From: an uncultured Verrucomicrobiae bacterium
GTDB taxonomy: Bacteria; Verrucomicrobiota; Verrucomicrobiia; Chthoniobacterales; Chthoniobacteraceae
Direction of reading: 5' to 3'
Length of the DNA: 64,000 nt
NCBI GenBank assembly: GCA_963805815.1
Contig: CAWDWA010000010.1
Coordinates: 65,700-129,699, forward strand
Both the position numbers and the translations under genes were made by a program. Under the pieces are notes generated by a model. That model saw only the letters and a list, made by a program, of their open reading frames with translations, was not told the origin of the DNA and did not search any database. Below, in pieces: positions 21,236 through 31,663 of the stretch (position 1 is the first letter of the stretch; each line of letters begins with the position of its first letter).

Positions 21236-22022
21236 TCCCATCGATCCAGCTCGCCAGTCAGGGTGAAGTCCGTGTCGCCGCGCAAGGTAATCTTTCCGGC
21301 ATGAGGGCGCACCAACTCGATGGCCCGATCGATCCACGGCACGCACCCCTCATGACTGACGACATTCCCGGGGCGGTTAACCAGATAGAGCACTTCATTG
21401 GTATTAGCCAGTGAGACTGTCAACGGTGCATACCCCCAAATGGCTTTGTAGGAAAGAGACATGCCGCCTTTGCATTCGCCGAGCGTCGGCGCGATGGTGC
21501 CGTCGGTATCTATAAAAGCCTCTGCCATGAACTGCCCGGGCTGCTGCTCCCACACCCGCTTGGCACCGTGTTGGTTATCTCCATGAGATTGACGATGTCA
21601 TCCTCAGCAAAGCGGCGCGTAAAGTCACCGCTCGTTGTCGGGTCGGGAATGCGCTGGGCACCCAGGCCGTCAAGGAAGGCTTCATCATTGCGACGAAGCT
21701 CGATGTCTTCGAGCCGCACGCCCTCGAGCAGCGCGTTGTAAGTCAGGTTGAGCACATGATCGCTCTCGTGGTAGGGAAGGTGTTTCTTGAGAAGATGCAG
21801 TCGCGAGTCAATCTCCTCGCGCAGGCCCAGCTTGTTAACCATCAGATGAATCGCTCCGATTCCTCCGCAGTTGATCGCCCGGCTCTTCCCGGCCATCTCA
21901 TAGTGAATGTTGCGGGCGGTTATGATAGGCTCCGCCTGATTGCTCCACCCACGCTTCGCGTCGAGACGGCGTTGAATTCGGCGCTTGCGATTACGCAGGA
22001 TCTTCGGATATGTTCTTTTCAC
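21217..22022 (-). pseudogene. IS1380-like (IS4 superfamily) transposase, N-terminal about 270 codons, frameshifted and 3'-truncated at the junction with IS66 TnpC
   Basis: ORFs 21510..22022 and 21217..21555 in two frames. The N-terminus ...IHYEMAGKSRAINCGGIGAIHLMVNKLGL... and IPDPTTSGDFTRRF resemble IS1380-family transposase N-terminal regions. Confidence 0.45.
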
Positions 22023-22388
22023 TCGAAATGACCTTTCTCTTTGGATGGTTTTGGTTTTAGCACCGCCATCAAATCAAGGATTCAAGGGCATTTCGAGTTT
22101 TTTATGGCAATGAATTTATCCCCATCACGCTTGTTCAGGGACTAGGGGGGCTCAAGAGTAGTTTCGGTTTCGGCGCCAGCAGAGCGCCGTCAGTGCGCCT
22201 GCAGCCCTGGAGATGATCTGAGGGGTGGCTTTGGGAGAAACGAGTGAAAAAAGCGGGATGCGTGCGCTTTTATTAAAGGCATTTGATGGGTGATGGATGA
22301 AAGCAGTGAAAGGAAGTGCGATGTCCGCTTCGATTCCCCGTGATTTTTTCACGAAGCCGACTAATATAGCGTCTCGATCACAAATTTT

Positions 22389-22997
22389 ATGAAAAACTCC
22401 AAGAACCTGACAATCGTTCATTTTTTCATTGCAACTCTGTTCGCTTTTCTGATTACAGGATGTAAAACGCCGCAACAAGAATTGCCGGTACGGCTGACGG
22501 CGGATATTCCTGGTGAGTTGGCTCCGGGCGATGTCCTGCGGATTAGTTTCCCTGGAGCGCCGGAGTTCAATCAAGTGCAGAAGATTCGCGCGGATGGTAA
22601 GATTAGCCTCCCGTTGATTGGTGTAGTGGACGCCGCGGGCAAGAGACTCGGAACCTTCCAGAAGGAGTTGGCGCTTCGCTATGAGCCACATCTTCAGATG
22701 AAAGAGGTTGTTATCGCTGTTGAGAGTAGTGGGATTCCTGTTTACGTCACCGGTGCCGTGGGGAAACCCGGCAAGGTCGCCTTGGATCGACCGATGACCG
22801 TCCTGGAAGCAATAATGGAGGCGGGAGGTTTTGCTCCCGGTCTTGCGAACCAGAAGCAGGTAGTGCTTGTACGCAGCGACGGCAACCAGCACTATACAAC
22901 AGTTCTCGATTTGAGTGGTGCCTTGAAGGGCTTAGGAACGAAAGCAGTTTATGTAAAAGCGTACGATGTGATTTACGTCCGCGAAAAAATGTTCTAG
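22389..22997 (+). CDS. Polysaccharide export outer-membrane lipoprotein (Wza/GumB Poly_export plus SLBB family)
   Basis: 202 aa. Lipoprotein signal ...FLITGC. LAPGDVLRISFPG..., KISLPLIGVVDAAGKRLGTFQKEL and IPVYVTGAVGKPG are typical of Poly_export/SLBB. Confidence 0.75.
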   Translation: MKNSKNLTIVHFFIATLFAFLITGCKTPQQELPVRLTADIPGELAPGDVLRISFPGAPEFNQVQKIRADGKISLPLIGVVDAAGKRLGTFQKELALRYEPHLQMKEVVIAVESSGIPVYVTGAVGKPGKVALDRPMTVLEAIMEAGGFAPGLANQKQVVLVRSDGNQHYTTVLDLSGALKGLGTKAVYVKAYDVIYVREKMF

Positions 22998-24129
22998 CTG
23001 GAACGTTTGTGCGGGAAAGACTTGGAGTGAAGGTCCGGTGGATTGAAATGAACGGAGCCGACAGCTGGAAGATTTGCCGGGTTCCGGCCCGCCTACTCGG
23101 GTGGAATTCGGTTTTGAGAGTCGAGTTCGCATTTTCCAGTTTTGAGATGGGCTAAGGGGGGTTAACGAATCGAAAACAACGAAAATTACTTGCCATGCGC
23201 TTTGCCGGTTAGAGGAATACATTGACCTATTTGAAGGCGGCGTGTTTCAACCCGTTCTTTGTGAACGGGGAGCGGCTCGATCTTGGTGTTCTCAAATGCG
23301 CCAGGCGATTGTGCATCTGGCGAACGAAACTTTCGTTCAGCTCAAGGTCAAACCCGAGCAGCTCGAGAGCTGTGAGGGTTCGTTTCATAGTTTGGCGTGT
23401 CTTTGTGATAAGAGGTCCCGGGGCTGGGCGGAAACGACTTTAGAAGTTTGACTTTTAGTGCGGTTTCCCCTCCGGGTGTGGCTTGTGAGCTGGTCAAAGC
23501 GAACGGACCACACGAGATACCTATTGAAATTGAAGACTATCTATCTAAGATTTCTGTGGAGCGCTTCTTCGCGTTGTCTGCCGAACCGATGGTCGGGACG
23601 GGGGCTCTTCACCTCCGCTCCACATTCTAACAAAAGGCGCGTATACTTCCGGCGGAGAAGTCTCCGATGTCGAAGCTTGGAACAGCGAGCCGCTCAATCC
23701 ACAAACTACACTTTGCGGTTTAAGGTTGAGAGCGGATTGCGAACCGAAATACCGGCCCAACCTCCCACCCGACACCGGAACGCTGTCCTTCTTTTCGACC
23801 TTGTCGCAGACCGGAGAAACTTCGCCGGTTATGGAAGTGGAAACTTCATACCGCGTGCGAAGCCCAGTCGGCACGGCTCACTAATAAACTCGCTAAGTAG
23901 CCCTTTCAACCGCCGCTGATCTGCAATCCCAGTTCAAAACGCTCATTAGGATCCATCTCTACAGAAAGCTCTTTATCGCAAGAGTCCTTTTGAGCGGAAA
24001 AAATTATACCGCCCCCGGTAGTGGAACCTTCCTGTTACCGAACTGCTAACTCAAAACAGCGAGAAGCCGGAAAACTGGCAGATCTATGGTTTACTCGGAA
24101 CATCGAAGCTACGGGAGTTTGCATTTTGT

Positions 24130-25149
24130 ATGTCGGAAGAAATCTTGGTTTTAGACAAAGAAATGAATAAAAACAGTTTGGACTGTTGGATTGCACCGCA
24201 GGGAATTCGAGTGCCTGATTTCATTATCTGTGGAGCGATGAAATGCGGGACGACTACTGTTCATCATTTGCTTGGACTGCACCCAAGAGTCTTCATTCCG
24301 GCTTCGGAGATTAATTTCTTCGATATGGATGACTTGATGCAGCATAGTGATTTCTTTGTCCGGGCTGAAAATGGTTGGCGTGTTCCAGACATCGCGGAAG
24401 ACCCCGCGAGGTATTGGAAATGGTATTCTCGATTCTTTTTGGATGCCCCGAGCGATTCGATTGTCGGTGAAGATTCGACTTGCTATCTTCCTTCTAGGAA
24501 AGCTCCGCTTAGAATAGCTGCACAAGAAAAAAGAATCAAACTGGTTGTCTGTCTAAGGCATCCGACGAACAGAGCATACTCGCAATATTGGCACCTACTA
24601 AGAATGGGGCGTGCATTGTTTAGTTTTGAAGATACACTAAGGTATAATCCGCATGATGTTATCGATAGAAGTCTATATCTCCCTCAGATTGAAAATTTGC
24701 TGAGACATATACCTAGAGAACGGGTGTTTTTCTTTGTTCTTGAACAATTTCTCTGGGAGAAAGAACGGGTTGCCCGTCGGTTGTGTAGCTTTTTGGGGAT
24801 TCCGTTTGAGGATTTTCCGTTCAACGCACTGGATACGTATCCAGACCCGGGCGGATATCCAAAATCGATAAGACTTCAAATCTTTAAGAATAGGTTTCTG
24901 CGCCAATATGGTAATAGAAGTTATCTTGGAAAATTACCCTACGATACTGAGGTTGGGACAGAGCCGATACGCGTTTCCAGGCTTCTGAATAAGATACATG
25001 GAAAAAGTAACCCTGTCTCCAAGGGGAAAGCGCCCGAGATGAATCGGGAGACACAGAAGTTTCTTGATCGGTTCTTTGAGCGGGAATCGGATGGCATCAA
25101 CGAACTGGTAGGGGATAAGATTACCGATTGGTGGTTTCGAAACGAGTAA
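24130..25149 (+). CDS. Sulfotransferase-domain protein (PAPS-dependent carbohydrate sulfotransferase-like)
   Basis: 339 aa. 5'-PSB P-loop FIICGAMKCGTTTVHHLL, followed by the 3'-PB region CLRHPTNRAYSQYWH. Confidence 0.7.
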   Translation: MSEEILVLDKEMNKNSLDCWIAPQGIRVPDFIICGAMKCGTTTVHHLLGLHPRVFIPASEINFFDMDDLMQHSDFFVRAENGWRVPDIAEDPARYWKWYSRFFLDAPSDSIVGEDSTCYLPSRKAPLRIAAQEKRIKLVVCLRHPTNRAYSQYWHLLRMGRALFSFEDTLRYNPHDVIDRSLYLPQIENLLRHIPRERVFFFVLEQFLWEKERVARRLCSFLGIPFEDFPFNALDTYPDPGGYPKSIRLQIFKNRFLRQYGNRSYLGKLPYDTEVGTEPIRVSRLLNKIHGKSNPVSKGKAPEMNRETQKFLDRFFERESDGINELVGDKITDWWFRNE

Positions 25150-25249
25150 ACTGAGGTCAAAGACTCGAACTGAATATGGGATGGACTGGCGGAACCTGCT
25201 CAAGGATGAATATCGAATATTTGCAGGCGTATTTTTGGTGCAACGGAGA

Positions 25250-25340
25250 AGTTAAGCAGACTCTGGCTCATTCCTCCCAACGTAGGAGAAAGCCCTCATT
25301 TCAAAGAGGCTTTCTTCATCCTGAAACTCTGCAGCTTCCA
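25250..25340 (+). mobile_element. Short ISL3-type transposase 3'-end remnant
   Basis: gaggctttcttcatcctgaaactctgcagc closely matches the 3' end of the ISL3-like fragment at 29985-30040. Confidence 0.4.
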
Positions 25341-25644
25341 TGCGTCCAATCTATCCTTGTTTAGCATGAACCTACGCGACGAAACCAAATTTCTTCGGCT
25401 GCACGCACGCTGACGAAGGCGACGGGCCTGATCCTGAGTCCCAAACACCGGATGCCGAATGCGTAGTCGTTCCTTTCTCATATGCATGCGCTGGTCGTTG
25501 AGATGCCGCGGTGTCGGCGGGTATGCGAGAGTGGCACGGCATGCAGGAAAGCACTGCGTCAGATGAAACGTTTGGTGAATTGAGATCAATCCGCATTTTG
25601 GGAACGGGCCCCAATTGAGACCGAGAGAACTAAGGCTCGTTCGG

Positions 25645-28600
25645 TCAACTGCCGGCTTGTTTACTTTCAGCGGAGCCATCTGATGTAAGTGCGCTCTCTG
25701 GAATAATCTCCTTTGACTGACGTGTGCTGGACCAGAGGAGCTGAGCCACGGCACCGTACCTGTATTCATAATATTCCATCACGATGTTATATTTTTGACC
25801 GGCTGTGAGGGAAATGGTGCCCGTGTTTTCTGTTGGGGCGTGATTGGTCCAATTGTCGATGAGCAGTTTTCCGTTGACCCAGAGGCGGACACCGTCGTCG
25901 GACTTCGTGTGGAAAGTGTAGGTTTCCGAATAGCGGGGTTCGACTTTTCCTGTCCAGCGCACGGAGAAGTAGTCGGAAGGCAGCAAAGGATCGGGTGATG
26001 ATTGCCCCCAGGAGAAATCCACCGTCGGGTCGTGACGCGTGAACTTGAGGTTCGTGAGGCTCATATCGGCGTAGTATTCTGCAGTTAGACCACTCGCCGT
26101 GGATCCTGAGCCATCTGATGTAAGTGCGCTCTCTGGAATAATCTCCTTTGACTGACGTGTGCTGGACCAGAGGAGCTGAGCCACGGCACCGTACCTGTAT
26201 TCATAATATTCCATCACGATGTTATATTTTTGACCGGCTGTGAGGGAAATGGTGCCCGTGTTTTCTGTTGGGGCGTGATTGGTCCAATTGTCGATGAGCA
26301 GTTTTCCGTTGACCCAGAGGCGGACACCGTCGTCGGACTTCGTGTGGAAAGTGTAGGTTTCCGAATAGCGGGGTTGGACTTTCCCGGTCCAGCGCACGGA
26401 GAAGTAGTCGGAGGGCAGGGCGGGATCGGGTGATGATCGTCCCCAGGAGAAATCCACCGTCGGGTCCTGACGCGTCAACCTGAGGTTCGTAAGGTTCATG
26501 TCATCGAAATATTGCGCGGTGAGACCGCTCGCACCGGAAGCGGATGTGGCCTCGATGACAGTGTAATCGGAGACGATGGCGCGGGCATCTACGACGGCCG
26601 TTCCGCTGGACACGAAGAGGCCGAGGTTCACTTCGTTTGCCAGCGAAGCGAGAACGGTGCTGCCGGCGGAGTCGAAGGTGACGCCGTCAGTCGAAGTTGC
26701 AAAGGTGATGGAGTCGCTATTTCTCTCGATGAGTAACCAGACGTCGGGAAACTGCGTCGGTGCAGTGAGGGTTGTTTTGGAGGAGGTCCCGCCGGCGATA
26801 GTTCGTGAAGCAATGGAATAACCGTCGGGCGTGGCGGCTAGCATCGCGAAGCGGGCGTCCGCGGCGGTGCTCTCGCGGAGCATCAGTCCCACCTCCGGAG
26901 CCGCTCCACTGCTCGCGAGGCTCTGGATTCGCAAGAGGGCCTGGAAGTTGCCGGTCTGTGGGGTGTTTTCGAAATATACGCTGTCCGCTATTGCCGCAAC
27001 GCCGATTCCGGCGCCGGTCAGTTCCCATGTATTGTCGGCCAGCACACGGCTGCCTCCGATTGCGCTGCCGATGTCAGATGCAATGAGGCCGGCGTCGGTG
27101 AGATTGTTGGCTTTTGCTGTGGATTGGACATTGACCGTCACGGTAGCCGAGGCGTTCAGCGCGCCATCGGTGATCGCGTATGAGAAGGTATCGGTTCCGT
27201 AAAATCCGGAATTGGGGGAGTAAATCACATTGTTGCCAATGACAGAGGTTGTTCCGTGATTCGTGCTGTCGGCACTCTGAATAGAAAGGGAAGCGGGGCC
27301 GTCGTCGGGATCGTTGTCGTTTGAAAGGACGTTGATGGTTGCAGAGGAACCCTCGTCCATGGTGACAGTGTCATCAGCGGCCACTGGGGCCTGGTTCGTT
27401 TCGTTGGGGGTTGCGGCGGAGTCGTCCGGGGAGAGTGCGCTCCCGGGAATAATCTCCTTTGGTTGACGTGGGCTGGACCAGAGGAGTTGAGCGACGGCGC
27501 CGTATATGTGTTCGTAGTATTCCATGACGATGTCGTATTTTTGGCCGGCCGTGAGGGAAACGGTGCCGGTGTTTTCTGTTGGGGCGTGATTGGTCCAATT
27601 GTCGATGAGCAGTTTTCCGTTGACCCAGAGGCGGACACCGTCGTCGGACTTCGTGTGGAAAGTGTAGGTTTCCGAATAGCGGGGTTGGACTTTCCCGGTC
27701 CAGCGCACGGAGAAGTAGTCGGAGGGCAGGGCGGGATCGGGTGATGATCGTCCCCAGGAGAAATCCACCGTCGGGTCCTGACGCGTCAACCTGAGGTTCG
27801 TAAGGTTCATGTCATCGAAATATTGCGCGGTGAGACCGCTCGCACCGGAAGCGGATGTGGCCTCGATGACAGTGTAATCGGAGACGATGGCGCGGGCATC
27901 TACGACGGCCGTTCCGCTGGACACGAAGAGGCCGAGGTTCACTTCGTTTGCCAGCGAAGCGAGAACGGTGCTGCCGGCGGAGTCGAAGGTGACGCCGTCA
28001 GTCGAAGTTGCAAAGGTGATGGAGTCGCTATTTCTCTCGATGAGTAACCAGACGTCGGGAAACTGCGTCGGTGCAGTGAGGGTTGTTTTGGAGGAGGTCC
28101 CGCCGGCGATAGTTCGTGAAGCAATGGAATAACCGTCGGGCGTGGCGGCTAGCATCGCGAAGCGGGCGTCCGCGGCGGTGCTCTCGCGGAGCATCAGTCC
28201 CACCTCCGGAGCCGCTCCACTGCTCGCGAGGCTCTGGATTCGCAAGAGGGCCTGGAAGTTGCCGGTCTGTGGGGTGTTTTCGAAATATACGCTGTCCGCT
28301 ATTGCCGCAACGCCGATTCCGGCGCCGGTCAGTTCCCATGTATTGTCGGCCAGCACACGGCTGCCTCCGATTGCGCTGCCGATGTCAGATGCAATGAGGC
28401 CGGCGTCGGTGAGATTGTTGGCTTTTGCTGTGGATTGGACATTGACCGTCACGGTAGCCGAGGCGTTCAGCGCGCCATCGGTGATCGCGTATGAGAAGGT
28501 ATCGGTTCCGTAAAATCCGGAATTGGGGGAGTAAATCACATTGTTGCCAATGACAGAGGTTGTTCCGTGATTCGTGCTGTCGGCACTCTGAATAGAAAGG

Positions 28601-29028
28601 GAAGCGGGGCCGTCGTCGGGATCGTTGTCGTTTGAAAGGACGTTGATGGTTGCAGAGGAACCCTCGTCCATGGTGACAGTGTCATCAGCGGCCACTGGGG
28701 CCTGGTTGGACAAAAACACGCTGACTTCATCTGAAGGCAAGCTTTCGAGTCCGGCGATGTTGTAAGCGGTGACAACGAAATAATGGATGTTGGTGCTGGA
28801 GAGATTCGAAATTGAGGCTGTGGTCGTGTTTCCGACATCAAGTGTCTTTATGTAAAGGCCGCTATTCGTGCCGTAGTAGACGCGGTATCCTGCGATGTCC
28901 GATTCGGGATTGGGATCCCATTCTAGCATCACAAATTGTGCCGCGTGAACTAGGGGCTGAAAAAACAGCACGAGTGATGCGACGGCCGCAAAAAAAGAGA
29001 TATGGTATTTATGACCATTATGGCACAT
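25645..29028 (-). CDS. Giant secreted adhesin/lectin-like protein: signal peptide, FN3, then 2 x (cadherin/Big-like + jelly-roll + PA14) tandem units and a third PA14
   Basis: 1127 aa. Three PA14 domains (GLTAQYFDDMNL...SDYFSVRWTGKV...DDGVRLWVNGKLLIDNW...AGQKYDIVMEYYE). Cadherin-like AADDTVTMDEGSSATINVLSNDNDPDDG and FN3-like N-terminus. Nucleotide-level tandem repeats of 1311 bp and 435 bp. Confidence 0.8.
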   Translation of the reverse strand: MCHNGHKYHISFFAAVASLVLFFQPLVHAAQFVMLEWDPNPESDIAGYRVYYGTNSGLYIKTLDVGNTTTASISNLSSTNIHYFVVTAYNIAGLESLPSDEVSVFLSNQAPVAADDTVTMDEGSSATINVLSNDNDPDDGPASLSIQSADSTNHGTTSVIGNNVIYSPNSGFYGTDTFSYAITDGALNASATVTVNVQSTAKANNLTDAGLIASDIGSAIGGSRVLADNTWELTGAGIGVAAIADSVYFENTPQTGNFQALLRIQSLASSGAAPEVGLMLRESTAADARFAMLAATPDGYSIASRTIAGGTSSKTTLTAPTQFPDVWLLIERNSDSITFATSTDGVTFDSAGSTVLASLANEVNLGLFVSSGTAVVDARAIVSDYTVIEATSASGASGLTAQYFDDMNLTNLRLTRQDPTVDFSWGRSSPDPALPSDYFSVRWTGKVQPRYSETYTFHTKSDDGVRLWVNGKLLIDNWTNHAPTENTGTVSLTAGQKYDIVMEYYEHIYGAVAQLLWSSPRQPKEIIPGSALSPDDSAATPNETNQAPVAADDTVTMDEGSSATINVLSNDNDPDDGPASLSIQSADSTNHGTTSVIGNNVIYSPNSGFYGTDTFSYAITDGALNASATVTVNVQSTAKANNLTDAGLIASDIGSAIGGSRVLADNTWELTGAGIGVAAIADSVYFENTPQTGNFQALLRIQSLASSGAAPEVGLMLRESTAADARFAMLAATPDGYSIASRTIAGGTSSKTTLTAPTQFPDVWLLIERNSDSITFATSTDGVTFDSAGSTVLASLANEVNLGLFVSSGTAVVDARAIVSDYTVIEATSASGASGLTAQYFDDMNLTNLRLTRQDPTVDFSWGRSSPDPALPSDYFSVRWTGKVQPRYSETYTFHTKSDDGVRLWVNGKLLIDNWTNHAPTENTGTISLTAGQKYNIVMEYYEYRYGAVAQLLWSSTRQSKEIIPESALTSDGSGSTASGLTAEYYADMSLTNLKFTRHDPTVDFSWGQSSPDPLLPSDYFSVRWTGKVEPRYSETYTFHTKSDDGVRLWVNGKLLIDNWTNHAPTENTGTISLTAGQKYNIVMEYYEYRYGAVAQLLWSSTRQSKEIIPESALTSDGSAESKQAGS

Positions 29029-29399
29029 GCGTAAAAATATAGCAGCATGTGTGCCTTTGTGTCCTGACTAGTCACGGACGCTGATTTGGCTGAATGTTGA
29101 AACTTCATTCAAGGGGAAGAGTAGCCACGCTGCGCTTGTCGCAGCAGAGTAGGTGGCGCCGCTAATGAGATCCGAAGAAGTAGCGCGCGATGTGTTCCCG
29201 AAATCGAGCGTTTTTTTATAAGCCCCACTCATGTTGCTGCCGTGTATATAGAGTGTTTGAACATTATAAGCTTTTGATGGAATGGTACTTGGGAGGAGAA
29301 AGATTGAGGCAAAGCTAGCGAAAAACACAGCCGTGCCATAGCCGCAGAGAAAAGTGTTGAAGTGACGCACTCTTTCCTGCCACCCGGCAGATCGTGAAG

Positions 29400-30060
29400 A
29401 ACTCCGGGTGGCAAGGGGGCGGCGTTGTGCCGTGTACTGGCGAAGTTTTTGCGTCGTGCATGCAAGAGCAAGGCCTGCATCGAGACCATTGCCTGCGACA
29501 TGGCGGCGGCCTACTGGAGTTCGATCCTCGAACATCTGCCCGCCCGGGGCAGCCGTGGTCTTCGATCACTTTCGCTTCGCCAAACTGGTTAACGAGAGAA
29601 TCGACGACCTACGTCGTGTGCTTCAGCGGGAACCGACCTACTCGGGCGCCACTATCTCAAGGGAACACGTACTTCATGCTCACCGGAGCCGAGAAGGTTC
29701 TTTGGGACAATGTTGACGCTCTAAAAGTAGTCCTCCGGTTCATGAGCCTCTTTCGACCGCCTACTACCTGAAGGAGGATCTAGGGCTGCTCTGAAATCAA
29801 CCGAGCCTTGCGTGGTTGCGCCGGTATCTGGAAAGCCGGTGCAGGCGGGCGGCCGAGTGGGGAATATCCCAAATGGTCTCCCTGGCCACTCTCTCCCGGC
29901 CATGCCTGCCATATTCTCAACAACCTCCGCTACCCGATCTCGACGGGAAAATTCAAAGGAATCAACAACAAGATCAAAATTCTCAAGCGCAAAGCCCACG
30001 GCCTCCGCGATGAGGCTTTCTTCATCTTGAAACTCTACAGCCCCCATGAGCTCAAGCTAT
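29400..30060 (+). mobile_element. ISL3-family transposase remnant (middle and C-terminal parts, frameshifted, no N-terminus)
   Basis: ORF 29408..29716 has VVFDHFRFAKLVNERIDDLRRV (the ISL3 DRFHVxKxxNEAxDxVRR motif). ORF 29808..30077 has GKFKGINNKIKILKRKAHGLRDEAFFILKLY (ISL3 C-terminal tail). Confidence 0.6.
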
Positions 30061-30678
30061 CCATTCCTGGTGTCTAGCATGCAGTCCTGCGACGAACAAA
30101 ATTTGGCAACTCGCTGCCGACCCCGCGGCTGCCTGGGGGGGTGATCATGGACTACGAGTTGCGTTTCCGAGCTTCGCCTGGAAACGCGTGCTGGCTCATG
30201 TGCGGTTTCCAGAGAATCGAAACCCTGAGAGGCGAACGGGTCTTTGGTGTGGCGGCCGACTACAGTCTTGGCAGCATGGCCAACCAACGTTTCCTCCAAG
30301 AAAAGGACATCTTTAATGGCCTGTGTCCACGCGACTCGCGGGTGCTCTGGGAGCAGACAGGGGACGACGAGATATTCGGTTCCCGCCGGAAGCGAAGTGG
30401 GCAGAGCGAAGCTCGTATTGGCGTGTTCAAGAATGCCTTTCTGAGGCGTTCCCAGCACGCGACCCGCTTCAAGTGACAGTGAGCGGCGCGGTGCTGGCGC
30501 ACAATCTGCGGGTGGCTGCTCCGGTTCTATAAGTGCGACGCGGCTCAAACCCCGCCCGGAGAACGTCGGGCGGCTGAGCGAAGTAATAACAACGAAGAAC
30601 TAACCAGTTTACAAGTATTCTTAATCCATGTTTGGTCTCTTCAATGGAAAAGAACCGCATTTTTTGGACGGGCTTTAG

Positions 30679-31644
30679 ATGATGTCAGTACCCCTGATCG
30701 TTGCGATTCCTACCCGGGAACGACCGGAGTTGCTCGCTCGAACTCTGGGCTTTCTGGCGAAATGCTTTGTACCCGATGGTTTCTTGAAAGTTGTCGTCGT
30801 AGAAAACGGAGGAGGGCGCGATGCAGAAAAAATTGTAGCGCACTGCCGGGCACCATTTCCGATTTCGTATCAAGCGATCCCCCGACCTGGAAAAAACAAT
30901 GCGCTGAACAAGGTAGTCACGACATATCCTGAGGCCTTTATAATCTTTCTCGATGACGACATCAGAGTCGATGTTAACGTGCTTCTGGAATATGCAAAGG
31001 CAGCTGCAAGAACCGGCAGTGGTGTTTTTTTTGGAGGTCGCTGTCTTGTAGATTACGAGGCCCTTCCTGCCGCTTGGTTGATGCATTATCTTCCCCTGTC
31101 TGCCAAGGGGTGGTCAGGCGGTTCGTCCTCGTGCGAAATCCGGGAAGCACTGGGATTTAACTGGGGTGCTTTCGCGAGGGACATTCTCACTGCTGGTGGA
31201 TTTTCTAACTGCAGAGGGCCGGGTATGGTGCACTCTATAGGCGATGAATCAGAAATGCAGGTCAGATTGATCCATTTCGGCGGACACGGAGAGGACCTTC
31301 CAGAAGCTTTGGTGTGGCACTATGTACCGAGAGAGCGATGTAGCGAGCAATGGCTAATCCAAAGAAACTATCAGCATGGAATCGCGAGCGGTCTTCAAAT
31401 ACAACTATTTCCGCAAGGTGAGAAGGAACGGCTCGTGCGACTTTTTCGTAAACGGGCGCGTGTGATGTCAGCTGTGAGTTGCCTATTTCCTCTTTTTGGT
31501 CGCCGCTTCAAATTTCGTATTCGCATGTCCAGCACTTGGAAGCTTGGTGTGTTTGCCGGGTTGGAGATGGGTGTTGACTCCTGCGATCTCTCAACTTCTA
31601 TCCCTCCAACCTATGGTGGGCAACGCTTGCCGAACGTGAAATGA
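30679..31644 (+). CDS. Glycosyltransferase family 2-like
   Basis: 321 aa. PLIVAIPTRERPELLARTLGFLAKC and IIFLDDDIRVD (DxD). Confidence 0.65.
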   Translation: MMSVPLIVAIPTRERPELLARTLGFLAKCFVPDGFLKVVVVENGGGRDAEKIVAHCRAPFPISYQAIPRPGKNNALNKVVTTYPEAFIIFLDDDIRVDVNVLLEYAKAAARTGSGVFFGGRCLVDYEALPAAWLMHYLPLSAKGWSGGSSSCEIREALGFNWGAFARDILTAGGFSNCRGPGMVHSIGDESEMQVRLIHFGGHGEDLPEALVWHYVPRERCSEQWLIQRNYQHGIASGLQIQLFPQGEKERLVRLFRKRARVMSAVSCLFPLFGRRFKFRIRMSSTWKLGVFAGLEMGVDSCDLSTSIPPTYGGQRLPNVK

Positions 31645-31663
31645 CTGTAGAACGCACAATTCG

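Noticed and set aside
22152-22892. 246-aa minus-strand ORF overlapping the wza-like gene
   Set aside because: Antisense shadow of the convincing Poly_export gene. No recognisable motifs.
23000-24129. 1.1-kb gap between wza-like gene and sulfotransferase containing ORFs 23458..23919 and others
   Set aside because: No conserved motifs, no convincing RNA structure by eye. Possibly promoter or regulatory sequence or decayed sequence.
30057-30548. Overlapping ORFs 30141..30476 (+) and 30057..30548 (-) upstream of the GT2 pair
   Set aside because: The plus-strand tail (RIGVFKNAFLRRS) faintly resembles an IS5/IS1182 transposase C-terminus. Too weak to call, so left unannotated.
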